Positions 37,746-50,030 of a stretch of 64,000 bases of DNA are shown here, one piece after another (within the stretch, counting starts at the first letter, position 1; each line of letters opens with the position of its first letter). The notes beneath the pieces were generated by a model. That model did no database searches and was not told the DNA's origin. It saw nothing but the letters and a program-made list of their open reading frames with translations. Source of the DNA: Malacoraja senta (lineage: Eukaryota). The position numbers and the translations under genes were made by a program. The stretch lies in contig CM075996.1 of the NCBI GenBank assembly GCA_038087875.1, forward strand, positions 5,458,001-5,522,000, in the 5' to 3' direction.

Positions 37746-40700
37746 GGGGACTGAAGTGAGATGTCTGATGATTTGGAGTGGCAGCTTTGGGTTGAATGAT
37801 ACTAATACTTGTTGGACATGGAGTAGCAGCCTGGAACTGAGATTGGGGCTTGGCTGTAAGTTGGGTATTGGGGTGTGCCATGGGGCAGGTACAGGTTAGG
37901 AGGCTGGTACTGTGTCTGGGTATACTTAGGGCAGTGCCAGGTTCCCCACTAATTTTGGTGTTTGCATTTTAAGATAAAGGGGTAAGTGACATAAATCCCA
38001 TATCTCTGCTTTGTACAATGCAGGTATTTTCCAATAGTAGTGGTTGTTGGTCATTTGGGACTGAAATCAGTAAGAATGTTATGACTCTGAAATTAAGAAG
38101 GGTCTTGACCCAAAACGTCATCTATTCCTTTTCTCCAGAGATGCTGTCTGGTTGTGTTGAGTTACTCCAGCTTTTTGTGTCGAACCCATAGGGTTATGGG
38201 TGATCAGTCTGTGTATATTAATGACTGAGATAAACAGATTGTTTGAATACTTAATGGATTTGAAGGAAGTGTGGATTGAGTGTGATATTGGAGTGAGAAA
38301 GACAATCAGCTGTGGTCGGCCAGACTCGGGGCACCATTTAGTTGACTGCTTCCATTATGTTCTGACATGAGGCCAATTAAGATAGCTTTTATTTTGCGAG
38401 TGTCTAATGTAGCAGAGGTTGAGCATAAAATCTGGCCGTTTTTATTCATTTTTTATCCGTATGAGATGTAAAGGCAAAGTTACACGTGGGATATTGGAAA
38501 GGTTGTGACAGGAACACGCCCATGTCTCTGCCAGCTGATAGGAATGTTTACCTCATGGAATGTCTACCTCTGAAGAAGGGTCCCGGCCCGAAACGTCACC
38601 TATTCCTTTTCTCCGGAGATGCTGTCTGACCTGCTGAGTTACTCCAGCACATTGTGTCTCTCTTTGGTTATATGTCCATCTCCGACTTGCACAGTGAGGG
38701 GAAAATGGCCACAATTTTCAGACAGCAGATGGTTTAGAGGGAAACGAGCCAAATGCAGACAAATGGGACCAGCTTAAATGGGCGTCTTGGTGGGGCATGG
38801 GCGAGTTGGGCTGAAGGGCCTTTCACACTCTGTCTCTGAAGCTGAGAGAATACTTTAAAAATATATAATTCTCAGCCTTGTTTTCAAAACTCTCTGTGGC
38901 CTTGCACCCTCAGCCCTACAACCTTAGATCCAAGATCTTTCACTGTGTAAGAAGGAACAGCAGATGCTGGTTTACACCGAAGATAGACACAAAATGCTGG
39001 AGTAACTCTGGGAGTAACTGGGAGAGGCAGCCTCTCTGGAGAGAAGGAATGGGTGGCGTTTCGGGTCGAGACCCTTCTTCTGAGCTCTTTCACTTATCGG
39101 GTTCCTGTTGCTCCAGTTTTCATTGCTCCAACATGGTTGACTCTGTCTTCTGTTGTCCAGCTTCCGATTCCCCAACTTTGGAATAACCTCGCTTAAACCC
39201 CTGCCTCTCCACCTGCGTACATTGTCTGTTAACGCTCGGGTGAAGTATCCTGTGCCATTCTGCTGAGTTAAAGCAGACATTGAAATGCAAATGGTTGCTG
39301 TATGTTGGCCTAGATTTCAGAGCTCCTCCTCAGTCACTGGAACTGTTCAGAACAAGGATCAAACTGTGAACAGAGGTTTAAACCAGAACTCTTCTACTAT
39401 AAAAGCTAACCACCGCCTCCAACTACCTCATCCTGCTCCCTCCCTCGCAATCCCTATACTTCTCCCTCGTGCATTAATCAAGCTTTCTTTCAAAGCGCTG
39501 ATGTTATCTCTGCTGAATTGTTGCAGAGTCCACACTCTCAGCACTGTGTGGAAAAATGCCTCCAAATTAGTTTTGATCTTGCATTTTTGCTAATTTGTTT
39601 TGGCTTTTCCAATAAGTGGTTTCTCCTCAACCCACTGTATCAAAGCTTCTCACAACTTTAAGAACTCCGAGCTGCTCTCCTGAGACTTTTGAGGGGAAAT
39701 GACCCTCCAGAGTTGTTTTTCCTGATGATTGCGTTGTTTTGTTTTGGCCAACAGTTTTGTTGAAAATTGCAGCATGTTTTTTGTTTCAAAAGCTTTTTAA
39801 AAAAAAATATTGTTGGAGGAATCTGGATATGGTCCTCGAGCAGTATTTCAGTAAAAGTTCTGTATAATTTAGCATTTCTGTTCTACATCACTGTCTGTAA
39901 TCTCTCGTTTCCCTTACGCCCGACTCGGTGAACAGACAAGCGACGTTTTGAAGATGTAATGCTGTTCATTGCTTTTCACACCTTGCATACTCGTTCTACC
40001 CTTCCATATCACTAGTCTCCTTCTCCCTTGACTCTGAAGAAGGGTCTCGACCCGAAACGTCACCCATTCCTTCTCTCCAGAGAAGCTGCCTGTCCCACTG
40101 AGTTACTCCAGCATTTTGTGTCAACCTTCACCTGCAGTTCCTTCCTACTAATTTACCATCACCTTTACGTTTTTGTCTCTCTTTCCTCCCGAAATAAGCT
40201 CCATTGTTTTGAATAACAATACAATATCAGTTCACTTTGCCATTTTGAGTGTTTTGTGTGCACGTTGCCCCCATACCCAGTAACACCTATTAGTTTCAAG
40301 TCTGAAAGTCTGCTTTCCATTGAATGTTGTTGCAGGTTTTGTTATCAGGATCTGTCTGCTCTCACACTGTGTAATGAGAGTTGAAGGAACTTGGTTTTTA
40401 TATAGGTAGATAAAAATGCTGGAGAAACTCAGTGGGTGAGGCAGTATCTATGGAGCGAAGGAATAGGTGACGTTTTGGGTCGAGACCCTTCTACAGACTT
40501 TTATACAGCGTCTTTTGTTATCTGACGATGCCCTGCAGTCTGAGGTAGGTTTGTGCTGTCGTCTCCTGTGCAATTTAGAATATGTGGCAACTATAATGTG
40601 AAAAGCTCCCATCAAACCGCATTGTGATAATGACATGGTGATCTATTTCAGTGAAGAGGAATAAATATTGACTAGAGCATTGGGTGGAAAGTTCATTGGC

Positions 40701-41559
40701 ACTTTGTCAAAGTAGTTAATCCATGAATATCAATTATAAGTTGCCACACCCTAGGCTACCTGAAGCCTCTAATTCCTTCAACAAAATGGCAGCTGCTGCT
40801 GTCATTGTTTTGCTACCTGGTTGGAACAGCTTGCAGGTGTGTGTACTGAGGCATTGTATAGATTATCAGGGTAACTTGGTTCTCAGTGACTGCAAAGGAG
40901 ATGGTTTCATGCTGATTGAAAGGGGCCTTTCTGAAAGGTATCTCTCTGAATGTTATATGAGGAACTTGGGTGCACACAGATGTGCGGTCTAGGACCCCAC
41001 ATCTGGCAGTGTTTGTAGCTTAGAGATGCATCACGGAAATAGGCCCTTCGGCCCACCCAGTCCGCGTGACTGCATTAGGATATGGCCGTGTAGGAAGGAA
41101 CTGCAGATGCTGGTTTAAACCGAAGATAGACACAAAATGCTGGAATAACTCAGCGGGACAGGCCGCATCTCTGGAGAGAAGGAATGAGTGGGGAGTCGAG
41201 ACCCTTCGGATTGATTAAAATTTGGATAATGTGGGGAAAGTGTGAGATCATACACTCCCTTGAGGAATCAAAAGGCAGATTCTCATCTAAATGGAGGGAG
41301 ACTTCAAATGAGTAAAGTACAGAGGGGGACGCAAAAAGCTGCAAATGCTGGAATCTGGAGCAGAATTCAAAGTGGTGGAGGAAATAAGTGGATCAAGCAG
41401 CTTTTTTGAAGGGATGGCCAGATTACATTTCGGGTGTGGATGTCTGAAGAAGGGTCCTGACCTAAAACGCCGTCTGTCCATTCCCTCCCTAGATGTTGCC
41501 TCACCCGCTGAGTTCCTCCAATACTTTTGTTAAGTGTTCACGGTTCTAGGTGTTCTTGC

Positions 41560-42290
41560 AAACGATAGTGCGTAATTAAGAAGACAATTGCATATTGGCC
41601 TTTATCACAAAGGGATTGGAGTGTAGAAATGGGGAAGTTTTATATAAAGTGTTGGTGAACCAACACCTGGAGTTTAGTGTCGGGAGGAACTGTAGATGCT
41701 GGTTTAAACCGAAGATATGCTGCATTACTAATGCTGTAGTAATGTGCCTGTCCGACTGCAGGCGACTGGCGTAAAATGTTCAACATGGCGGCGACAGTGG
41801 GGACAATTTGGGCTGTCGTGGGTTCTTTCTTCTTTTTCTTAAGCCCCCTTTGCTCCTCTAGGGAGCATAGGCCGTTGGCAAATGTAGGTTGTCGCCAGGT
41901 TAATGCAGGTTGTCACCAGGTTAACGTAGGTTGTCGCCGGTGCTGACATCGGTGAATTCCATTGTCCTGGTCGCTGGCAGTCGCCTAAAAAATCGCCTAT
42001 GTGGGACAGGCCCATAACTCAGCGGGACAGGCAGCATCTCTGGAGAGAAGGAATGGGTGACGTTTTGGGCCGAGACGGTCGGATCAAAACGTCACCCATT
42101 CCTTCTCTCCAGAGATGCTGCCTGTCCCGCTGAGTTACTCCAGCGTTTTTGCGTCTATCCTGGAGTTTAGTGCACAGATTTAGTCCCCCTCACCAAATAA
42201 TGGAGGCATTGCAGAGGAGATTCACCGGACTGATTCCTGGGATGAGAGGATTATCCTATCAAGGGATGCTAAATGGTTTGAATCCTTCCA
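41560..42290 (+). mobile_element. Old CR1 fragment hosting nested Penelope-like and Harbinger-like inserts
   Basis: CR1-like sequence on both sides (GGCCTTTATC..GGGATTGGAGT and GGAGATTCACCGGACTGATTCCTGGGATG), split at the TSD CCTGGAGTTTAGTG. Confidence 0.75.
41743..42014. mobile_element. PIF/Harbinger-type MITE nested in a Penelope-like repeat
   Basis: Termini TGTGCCTGTCCGAC and GTGGGACAGGCCCA. TAA is duplicated within the host motif GAG-TAA-CTCAGC. Confidence 0.82.
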
Positions 42291-42899
42291 AATCCCAAAG
42301 GCTGCTGGGCTAATTGCCACTGTAATTTGCTCATAGTGTGGAGGTGAGTGGTAGAATCTCAGGGACAACTGATGAGAATGTGGAGAGGGTTAAAAATGGA
42401 TGAATAAATGACTTGAGTAAAAGGAGCGCTTGATTTCGGTGGGCTGAAGGGTGTAATCCTGTTCTGCATCTCTCTACTGCTGTCTCTGTATCTCCTAGCT
42501 CTGGCATATTTCACTCCTTTAATGGCATTATTCAGCTACTGTGGTCTGAGTTCTGGAACGTCCTCCTTTAACCTTTGAGCCGTGTAACCCTCTCCTTTCA
42601 TTTCAAGCCGTTCCTAGAAACCTGCAACTTTCTGCAATACTCTCATTTGGCCCGGTGTCAAATTGTGTTGACGTTCCGAGATCCTTTGTATCTTTTTCTC
42701 CTGACTGGGATTAATGTCCGTGAAAAGGGAGTTTTAGAGCAAGATGCGTGGAGCTTTAGAACAAGATTAGCCTTAACCAAGTATCCCTGTGGCCCAACCT
42801 CGATGAATTCTGAACATTTTTAACATTCGCCTGCTGGATCTTGCCATCGTTGAGGATGGGGGATGTTATTGAAGCAGCCATCTCCCATTAGATTTCCAT

Positions 42900-43195
42900 C
42901 TCCAGAACCAGGGGCCACACAGTTTAAGAACAAGGAGTAAGCCATTTAGAACGGAGACGAGGAAACACTTTTTCTCACAGAGAGTGGCGAGTCTGTGGAA
43001 TTCTCTGCCTCAGAGGGCGGTGGAGGCAGGTTCTCTGGATACATTCAAGAGAGAGCTAGATAGGGCTCGTAAAGATAGCGGAGTCAGGGGATATGGGGAG
43101 AAGGCAGGAACAGGGTACTGATTGGGGATGATCAGCCATGATCACATTGAATGGCGGTGCTGGCTCGAAGGGCCGAATGGCCTATTGTCTATTGT
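42900..43195 (+). mobile_element. CR1 3' fragment
   Basis: Similarity to the CR1 3' end with a CTATTGT tail. Confidence 0.85.
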
Positions 43196-43554
43196 CTTGA
43201 TGCACAGAAAGGAACTGCTGATGATGGTGACAGACACAAAGTGGTGGAGGAACTCAGCGGGTCAGGCAGCATCTCTGGAGAAAAAGGATGGGTGGTCTCT
43301 GGCACTGTAAGGCAGCAACTCTGCAGGTGTGCCCCAGTGCCGCCCCTATAGCTCTGTGTGACACAATCTCTACAAAAAGATTTTGTATTTCTCTTCCGTA
43401 GGCTAAGTTTGCACAATGCTTTAAATTTATATTCTGCCTTAACAATCCTGAAATGGACTCTTTGAATGGAAGTTTCCAAGCATTCTAATAGATGATTCAA
43501 AACTTAATTCCAGTCAGACAATGACAGGCTCGTTGATTTAATGATGGCGAGGAA

Positions 43555-43928
43555 TCACAGAAACAGAGAATCGGTGCAGGAGTAGGCCATTCAGCCCTTT
43601 GCACCAGCACCGCCATTCAATATGATCATGGCTGATCATCCAAAACCAGTCCCCGTTCCTGCTTTATCCCCATATCCCTTGATTCCGTTAGCCCTAAGAG
43701 CTAAATCTAACTCTCTCTTGAAAACGTCCAGTGAATCGGCCTCCACTGCCTTCTGTGGCAGAGAATTCCACAAATTCACAACTCTCTGGGTGAAAAAGTT
43801 TTACCTCATCTCTGTCCTAAATGGCCTAGCCTTTATTCTTAAACTGTGTGACCCCTGGTTCTGGATCCCCCAGCATGGGGAACATTTTTCCTGCATCCAG
43901 CCTGTCCAATCCCTTAAGAATTTTATAT
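43555..43928 (-). mobile_element. CR1 3' fragment
   Basis: Similarity to 21108-21480. Confidence 0.85.
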
Positions 43929-44565
43929 GGAACTTAATTTGTTACCTTCCTTTCTCTCCCCGGTTTGACCCGAAGGGCCAGGATCAGAAAGAGTAGCCGA
44001 CAAGAGTCCTGTGCAATCACGATCCTAATATTCTGGCAAATGTGGTTTGAGTTTTGTGCGCAGTGTCCCAGCTGTTGTGCAAGATTTATTTGCTTGTCTG
44101 ACTTCTAATCCTCGGCTATTTTTCAAGCTCGGGGCAATGCTTTGAGCTTGAGTGCGTAGTTGTGGAACCTTTGTACATCACGTGCACCGGCAAACAGTTG
44201 GTAAAGTGCAGGGAAATTTTCCGTATAACTATCTCCTCCACTGACTAGATGTTAGTTTCCAAGGGAAAACATCTCGTTTTATAACTTATTGCACTGCTAA
44301 GGGTTTGGTTTGGAGAGGGATGCCTTTGCTCTGTGTTCATGATTGAGGAACGATTACTGTACTTAGTGGTAGTGACTTCAAGATGTTGTTGTTTGGATAG
44401 CTGTACGAATATTTTCCATGCTGGAGACACCAGGAATACTGTGGAGTATACAGAGCTTGAACTTGCTAGTCAGGATTTTTTTTGTTTTTTTGATTTGGTT
44501 ACTTCTTCCTAGTTGAAATAAACCAATCTCTTGAGATGCAGCAATTTCAGCTTCCATAGGGAACA

Positions 44566-44925
44566 ATTTAGTTTAGTTTAGAGGAACAGTCTGGAAACAG
44601 GCCCTTTTGGGCCACTGAGCCTGCGCCGACCAGCGATCCAGGTACACCAGTGGCATGGTGGTAAAGTTGCTGCCTTACAGCGCCAGATCTCGACTACGGG
44701 TGCTGTCTGTGCGGAGTTTGTATGTTCTCCCCGTGAACGCGTGGATTTTACCACGGGTGCTCTGGTTTCCTCCCACACCCTAAAGACGTGCAGGTTTTGA
44801 AGGTCATTTGGCTTTGGTAAAGGTTGTAAATTGTCCCCAGTGTGTAGGATAGTGCTAGTGTACGGGGTGGTCACTGGTCTGTGTGGACTCAGTGCCAAAA
44901 GGCCTATTTCTGCACTGTATCTCGA
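44566..44925. mobile_element. HE1-type SINE with an inverted tail fragment at its 5' side
   Basis: Minus-strand tail at about 44566-44640 followed by a plus-strand body. Confidence 0.7.
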
Positions 44926-45044
44926 TATAACAGGTAGACAAAAATGCTGGAGAAACTCAGCGAGTGAGGCAGCATCTATGGAGCGAAGGAATAGGTGACA
45001 TTTCGGGTCTTTCTTTTAAACAGAAATGCAAAACAGCCAGTTAC

Positions 45045-45787
45045 CGATTAGGAAAAGGGGAGATGCAACGAGATCTGGGTGTCATGTACACCAGTCATTG
45101 AAAGTAGGCATGCAGGTGCAGCAGGCAGTGAAGAAAGCGAATGGTATGTTAGCATTCATAGCAAAAGGATTTGAGTATAAGAGCAGGGAGGTTCTACTGC
45201 AGTTGTACAGGGTCTTGGTGAGGCCACACCCGGAGTATTGCGTACAGTTTTGGTCACCAAATCTGAGGAAAGACATTCTTGCCATAGAGGGAGTACAGAG
45301 AAGGTTCACCAGACTGATTCCTGGGATGGCAGGACTTTCACATGAAGAAAGACTGGATAGACACGGCTTGTACTCGCTAGAATTTAGAAGATTGAGGGGG
45401 GATCTTATAGAAACTTACAAAATTCTTAAGGGGTTGGACAGGCTAGATGCAGGAAGATTGTTCCCGATGTTGGGGAAGTCCAGAACAAGGGGTCACAGTT
45501 TAAGGATAAGGGGGAAGTCTTTTAGGACCGGGATGAGAAAATCATTTTTCACACAGAGAGTGGTGAATCTGTGGAATTCTCTGCCACAGAAGGTAGTTGA
45601 GGCCAGTTCATTGGCTATATTTAAGAGGGAGTTAGATGTGGCCCTTGTGGCTAAAGGGATCAGGGGGTATGGAGAGAAGGCAGGTACAGGATACTGAGTT
45701 GGATGATCAGCCATGATCATATTGAATGGCGGTGCAGGCTCGAAGGGCCGAATGGCCTACTCCTGCACCTATTTTCTATATTTCTAT
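45045..45787 (+). mobile_element. 5'-truncated CR1 LINE, same family as 15888
   Basis: ORF 45026..45697 is near-identical to the C-terminus of 15907..17142. Flanked by GTTAC duplication, with the empty site at about 47309-47313. Confidence 0.95.
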
Positions 45788-45874
45788 GTTACATTCAGCA
45801 ACATTGTCACAGAGTCAGTAATAAGAAATAAACAGTTCCTATGTTTGAATGATCTTAAGAAACGTTGACTGTAA

Positions 45875-46209
45875 TAGCACTGTCCCACGGTACGAGTTCA
45901 TTCCAAGACCACTCCCGAGTTAAAAAAAAAATCAAACTCTTGGTAAGCACGTAGAATGAACGTAGCGGGTACGTTGGAGCTCGGGGACGTCTCTTAGCGG
46001 CTCGTTACACTAACGGCAGGTACTCGGGAAGACTCGCTAACGGCAGGTAAGCACGGGAAGACTCGTGAAGATTTTTCAACACGTTGAAAAATGTCCACGA
46101 GAGCCCCGAGTACCGACGAGCGGCCATTACCGTAAATCTCCGAGTTCGAATCGGGGCAAACTCGGGAGAGAGAGCTCTTGGAATGAACTCGTACCGTGGG
46201 ACAGGGGTT
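45875..46209. mobile_element. PIF/Harbinger-type MITE
   Basis: CTGTCCCACGGTACGAGTTCATTCCAAGA is inverted at both ends. The paralogous empty site is TTA at 47393-47395. Confidence 0.88.
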
Positions 46210-47021
46210 TTAGCCAGGATATTGTTGAAACTTGTTTGGCTATGTGGAAGTTGCAAGCAATCTTTGAATGTGAGTGGACAAATAACGCCTTTATTCTTGC
46301 CTGAAAGATGGTGGCTCTGAAGAAGGGTCTCGACCCGAAACGTCACCTATTCCTTCGCTCCACAGATGCTGCCTCACCCGCTGAGTTTCTCCAGCATTTT
46401 TGTCTACCGTCAATTTTTCCAGCATCTGCAGTTCTTCCTTAACTATATAACAGTGTTGTTTTTCATGTAAACCCAAAAACGTTTGTTCTGTTGGACTTTT
46501 CCACCATGATTGTACTCCTGCCCAGCACATCCCACATGCACAGGGCTCTTGGCAAAGTGGTTTATATGAACATTTGAAAAGCAAAATGAATGAAAATATA
46601 AATTTTGCATTATGGTTGACATTTACTGTTGGTTATGAGGGGGGGGGGGGGAAAGAATTTATTTTATTTTCCAGTTAGTCTTTCATTGGTGTTTTGCTTT
46701 TATTGTTTAACACTGAGAAACGCAGTCAGGCACGATCTTTGGACACAGAGATACACATATGTTAGAGGTATTTTTGAAGAAAGGTATCAACCAACCTGAA
46801 AATGCCAATTTATTTCCAATTTCCGGCATCTCTCATTTTGTGTCTCTATGGAATTGCGTGGGTTAGATGAAGATTGGCAAGAAGTCATTTGTGTCGAAAG
46901 GCCAGCATAACTTCGCTGAGCCTAATGTTTCTCTGTAATAACAAGGAAATGCCAATGCTGGTTCATACCAATATTATTTACTTCTTTATTTACAAACATT
47001 GCTGAAGAAGGGTCCTGACCC

Positions 47022-47222
47022 GAAACGTCACCTATCTATGTTCTGCAGAGATGCTGCCTGACCCGCTGAGTTACTCCAGCACTCTGTGAAACGTCACCTA
47101 TTCATGTTCTCCAGAGATGCTGCCTGACCCGCTGAGTTACTCCAGCACTCTGTGAAACGTCACCTATCCATGTTCTCCAGAGATGCTGCCTGACCCGCTG
47201 ATTTACTCCAGCATTTTGTGTC
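47022..47222 (+). repeat. Three tandem 66-bp copies of the Penelope-like terminal repeat
   Basis: GAAACGTCACCTAT recurs at 47022, 47088 and 47154. Confidence 0.9.
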
Positions 47223-47975
47223 TGTCTAATGTTTCCCCGTTGTGAATTCTTCAATAATACTTTTATAAATCACTAATTGTTTTTTTAAACAGAAATGCAA
47301 AACAGCCAGTTACATTCAGCAACATTGTCACACAATCGGCAATAAGATATAAACAGTTCCTATGTTTGAATGATCTTAAAAAACGTTGACTGTTAGCCAG
47401 GATATTGTTGCAACTTGTTTGGCTTCTTTGTGGAAGTTGCAAGCAATCTTTGATGTGAATGGACAAATAACGCCTTTATTCTTGCCTGAAAGATGATGGC
47501 TCTGAAGAAGGGTCTCGACCCGAAACGTCACCTATTCCTTCGCTCCACAGATGCTGCCTCACCCGCTGAGTTTCTCCAGCATTTTTGTCTACCTTTGATT
47601 TTTCCAGCATCTGCAGTTCTTCCTTAAGCATGGCTCTGATAACGCCGTGTTGAAACATCAGCCAGTTGAGCTTGTGTGTAAAGGGCACAGAGTGCTGGAG
47701 TAAGGCGGGTCAGGCAGCAGCTCTGGACAACATGGAAAAGTGACGTTTCAGGTTGAGACCCTTCTTCTTCAGCTAGTGTGTACTGTTTTGGAATACAAGT
47801 CCTATAGAACAGCAACTAGGTCATAGACTGTTGCTTCATTTGAGAAAAACAAAATGATGGAGTAATTCTGCGGGTCAGCAGCATCTGTGGAGGGAATGGA
47901 CAGTGGATGTATCGGGCGGGATCCTTACTTCAGACTGCTTCATTTGAGCGATGGATCTTACCATTTCGCACATCG

Positions 47976-48392
47976 TGACAATAGACAATAGGTGCAGGAG
48001 TAGGCCATTTGGCCCTTCGAGCCAGCACCGCCATTCAATGTGATCATGGCTGATCATCCCCAATCAGTACCCCGTTCCTGCCTTCTCCCCATGTCCCTTG
48101 ACTCTGCTATTTTTAAGAGCCCTATCTAGCTCTCTCTTGAAAGCATCCAGAGAACCTGCCTCCACCGCCCTCTGAGGCAGCGAATTGCACAGACTCACCA
48201 CTCTCTGTGAGAAAAAGTGTTTCCTCGTCTCCGTTCTAAATGGCTTACTCCTTATTCTTAAACTGTGTGTGGCCCCTGGTTCTGGACTCCCCCAACATCG
48301 GGAACATGTTTCCTGCCTCTAGCGTGTCTAAGCCCTTAACAATCTTATATGTTTCAATGAAGATCCCCTCTCATCCTTCTAAACTCCAGCCT
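47976..48392 (-). mobile_element. CR1 3' fragment
   Basis: GACAATAGACAATAGG tail and CR1 body. Confidence 0.85.
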
Positions 48393-48914
48393 TCACATCC
48401 TTCACACAGTCCCAGTGTGTGTGTGTGTGTGTTCCAGTGTGAGAGCAGCCCGTGAGCTGTCAGAGTGCAGGGAGCATCACGACACAGTCTGCTGAGCAGC
48501 ACTTGCACTTCAGCCATCGAGAGAACCAGGATAATGCTGTCAGTTTCTTGCTGATGCAGCAATGCTGATGGACTCCGTGCCTTCCTGGCTAAAGCCATCT
48601 TATTTGGCATGGGTCGATGATGAAAGCTGACATTGCCCAGGATACTTTGGCTCTGTTTCAGACTAAGCAGTGGAATTATAAGGGGAGGGAATGCTTTTAT
48701 GAGCTTTTGTTATGATATGGACACACTGTGATGGTAACATAACTAGGGCATTCCATCATATCCATCTGATCAAATATTAAGCTCGGATTATCACTTGTCA
48801 CCTTGAGACATCCAGGGGATAGCTAATCATCTGACTTTAATAGAGTGTATATCTAACCTTGTCACTGTATGGTTTGGGAAGAGATATCTTTGAAAGTATA
48901 ATGCTTTCTTTCTC

Positions 48915-49279
48915 AGGTAGACAAAAGTGCTGGAGAAACTCAGCGGGTGCAGCAGCATCTATGGAGCGAAGGAAATAGGCAACGTTTCGGGCCGAAACGT
49001 TGCCTATTTCCTTCGCTCCATAGATGCTGCTGCACCCGCTGAGTTTCTCCAGCACTTTTGTCTACCTACGATTTTCCAGCATCTGCAGTTCCTTCTTAAA
49101 TGCATTCTTTCTCTGTGTGAGAAAGAACTGCAGATGCCGGATAAAATCGGAGGTTGACACAAAATGCTGGAGTAACTCAGCGGGTGAGGCAGCATCTATG
49201 GAGAGAAGGAATGGGTGATGTTTCGGGTCTCTCCGTAGATACTGCCTCACCCGCTGAGTTACTCCAGCATTTTGTGTCT
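48915..49279. mobile_element. Two adjacent foldback Penelope-derived elements
   Basis: Near-perfect palindrome at 48915-49067. The 14-bp target is present three times. Confidence 0.85.
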
Positions 49280-49395
49280 ATGCTTTCTTTCTCGTCTAGT
49301 TTAGTTTAGAAATACAGCGCGGGAACCGGCCCTGTGGCCCGCGGAGACTGCACACTACACTACACGTGAGGGACAATTTAGACGCGAGGGACAAC

Positions 49396-49891
49396 AGAGA
49401 AGGTTCACCAGACTGATTCCTGGGATGGCAGGACTTTCATATGAAGAAAGACTGGATAGACTCGGCTTGTACTCGCTAGAATTTAGAAAATTGAGGGGGG
49501 ATCTTATAGAAACTTACAAAATTCTTAAGGGGTTGGACAGGCTAGATGCAGAAAGATTGTTCCTGATGTTGGGGAAGTCCAGAACAAGGGGTCACAGTTT
49601 AAGGATAAGGGGGAAGTCTTTTAGGACCGAGATGAGAAAAACATTTTTCACACAGAGAGTGGTGAATCTGTGGAATTCTCTGCCACAGAAGGTAGTTGGG
49701 GCCAGTTCATTGGCTATATTTAAGAGGGAGTTAGATGTGGCCCTTGTGGCTAAAGGGATCAGGGGGTATGGAGAGAAAGCAGGTACAGGATACTGAGTTG
49801 GATGATCAGCCATGATTATATTGAATGGCGGTGCAGGCTCGAAGGGCCGGATGGCCTACTCCTGCACCTAGTTTCTATGTTTCTATGTTTC
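49396..49891 (+). mobile_element. CR1 LINE 3' fragment inserted in an HE1-type SINE
   Basis: ORF 49425..49796 (LSYEERLDRLGLYSLE...) and TTTCTATG tail. Confidence 0.92.
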
Positions 49892-50030
49892 ATAGACTTT
49901 TACCAAGTCAATTAGCCTACAAACCTGTACGTCTTTGGAGTGTGGAAGGAAACCGGAGCAGCTCCCGAAAAAAAAATTAATGGGGAGAACGTACAAACTC
50001 TGTACAGACTGCACCCGTAGTCATGATCGA

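Noticed and set aside
35356..37881. Long Pro/Ser/Leu-rich ORFs of 400-493 aa
   Set aside because: They are translations of C/T low-complexity tracts that lack stop codons, and overlapping frames are open on both strands.
47022..47222. CRISPR-like array or prokaryotic system
   Set aside because: There are no unique spacers or cas genes. The DNA is vertebrate and the units are Penelope termini.
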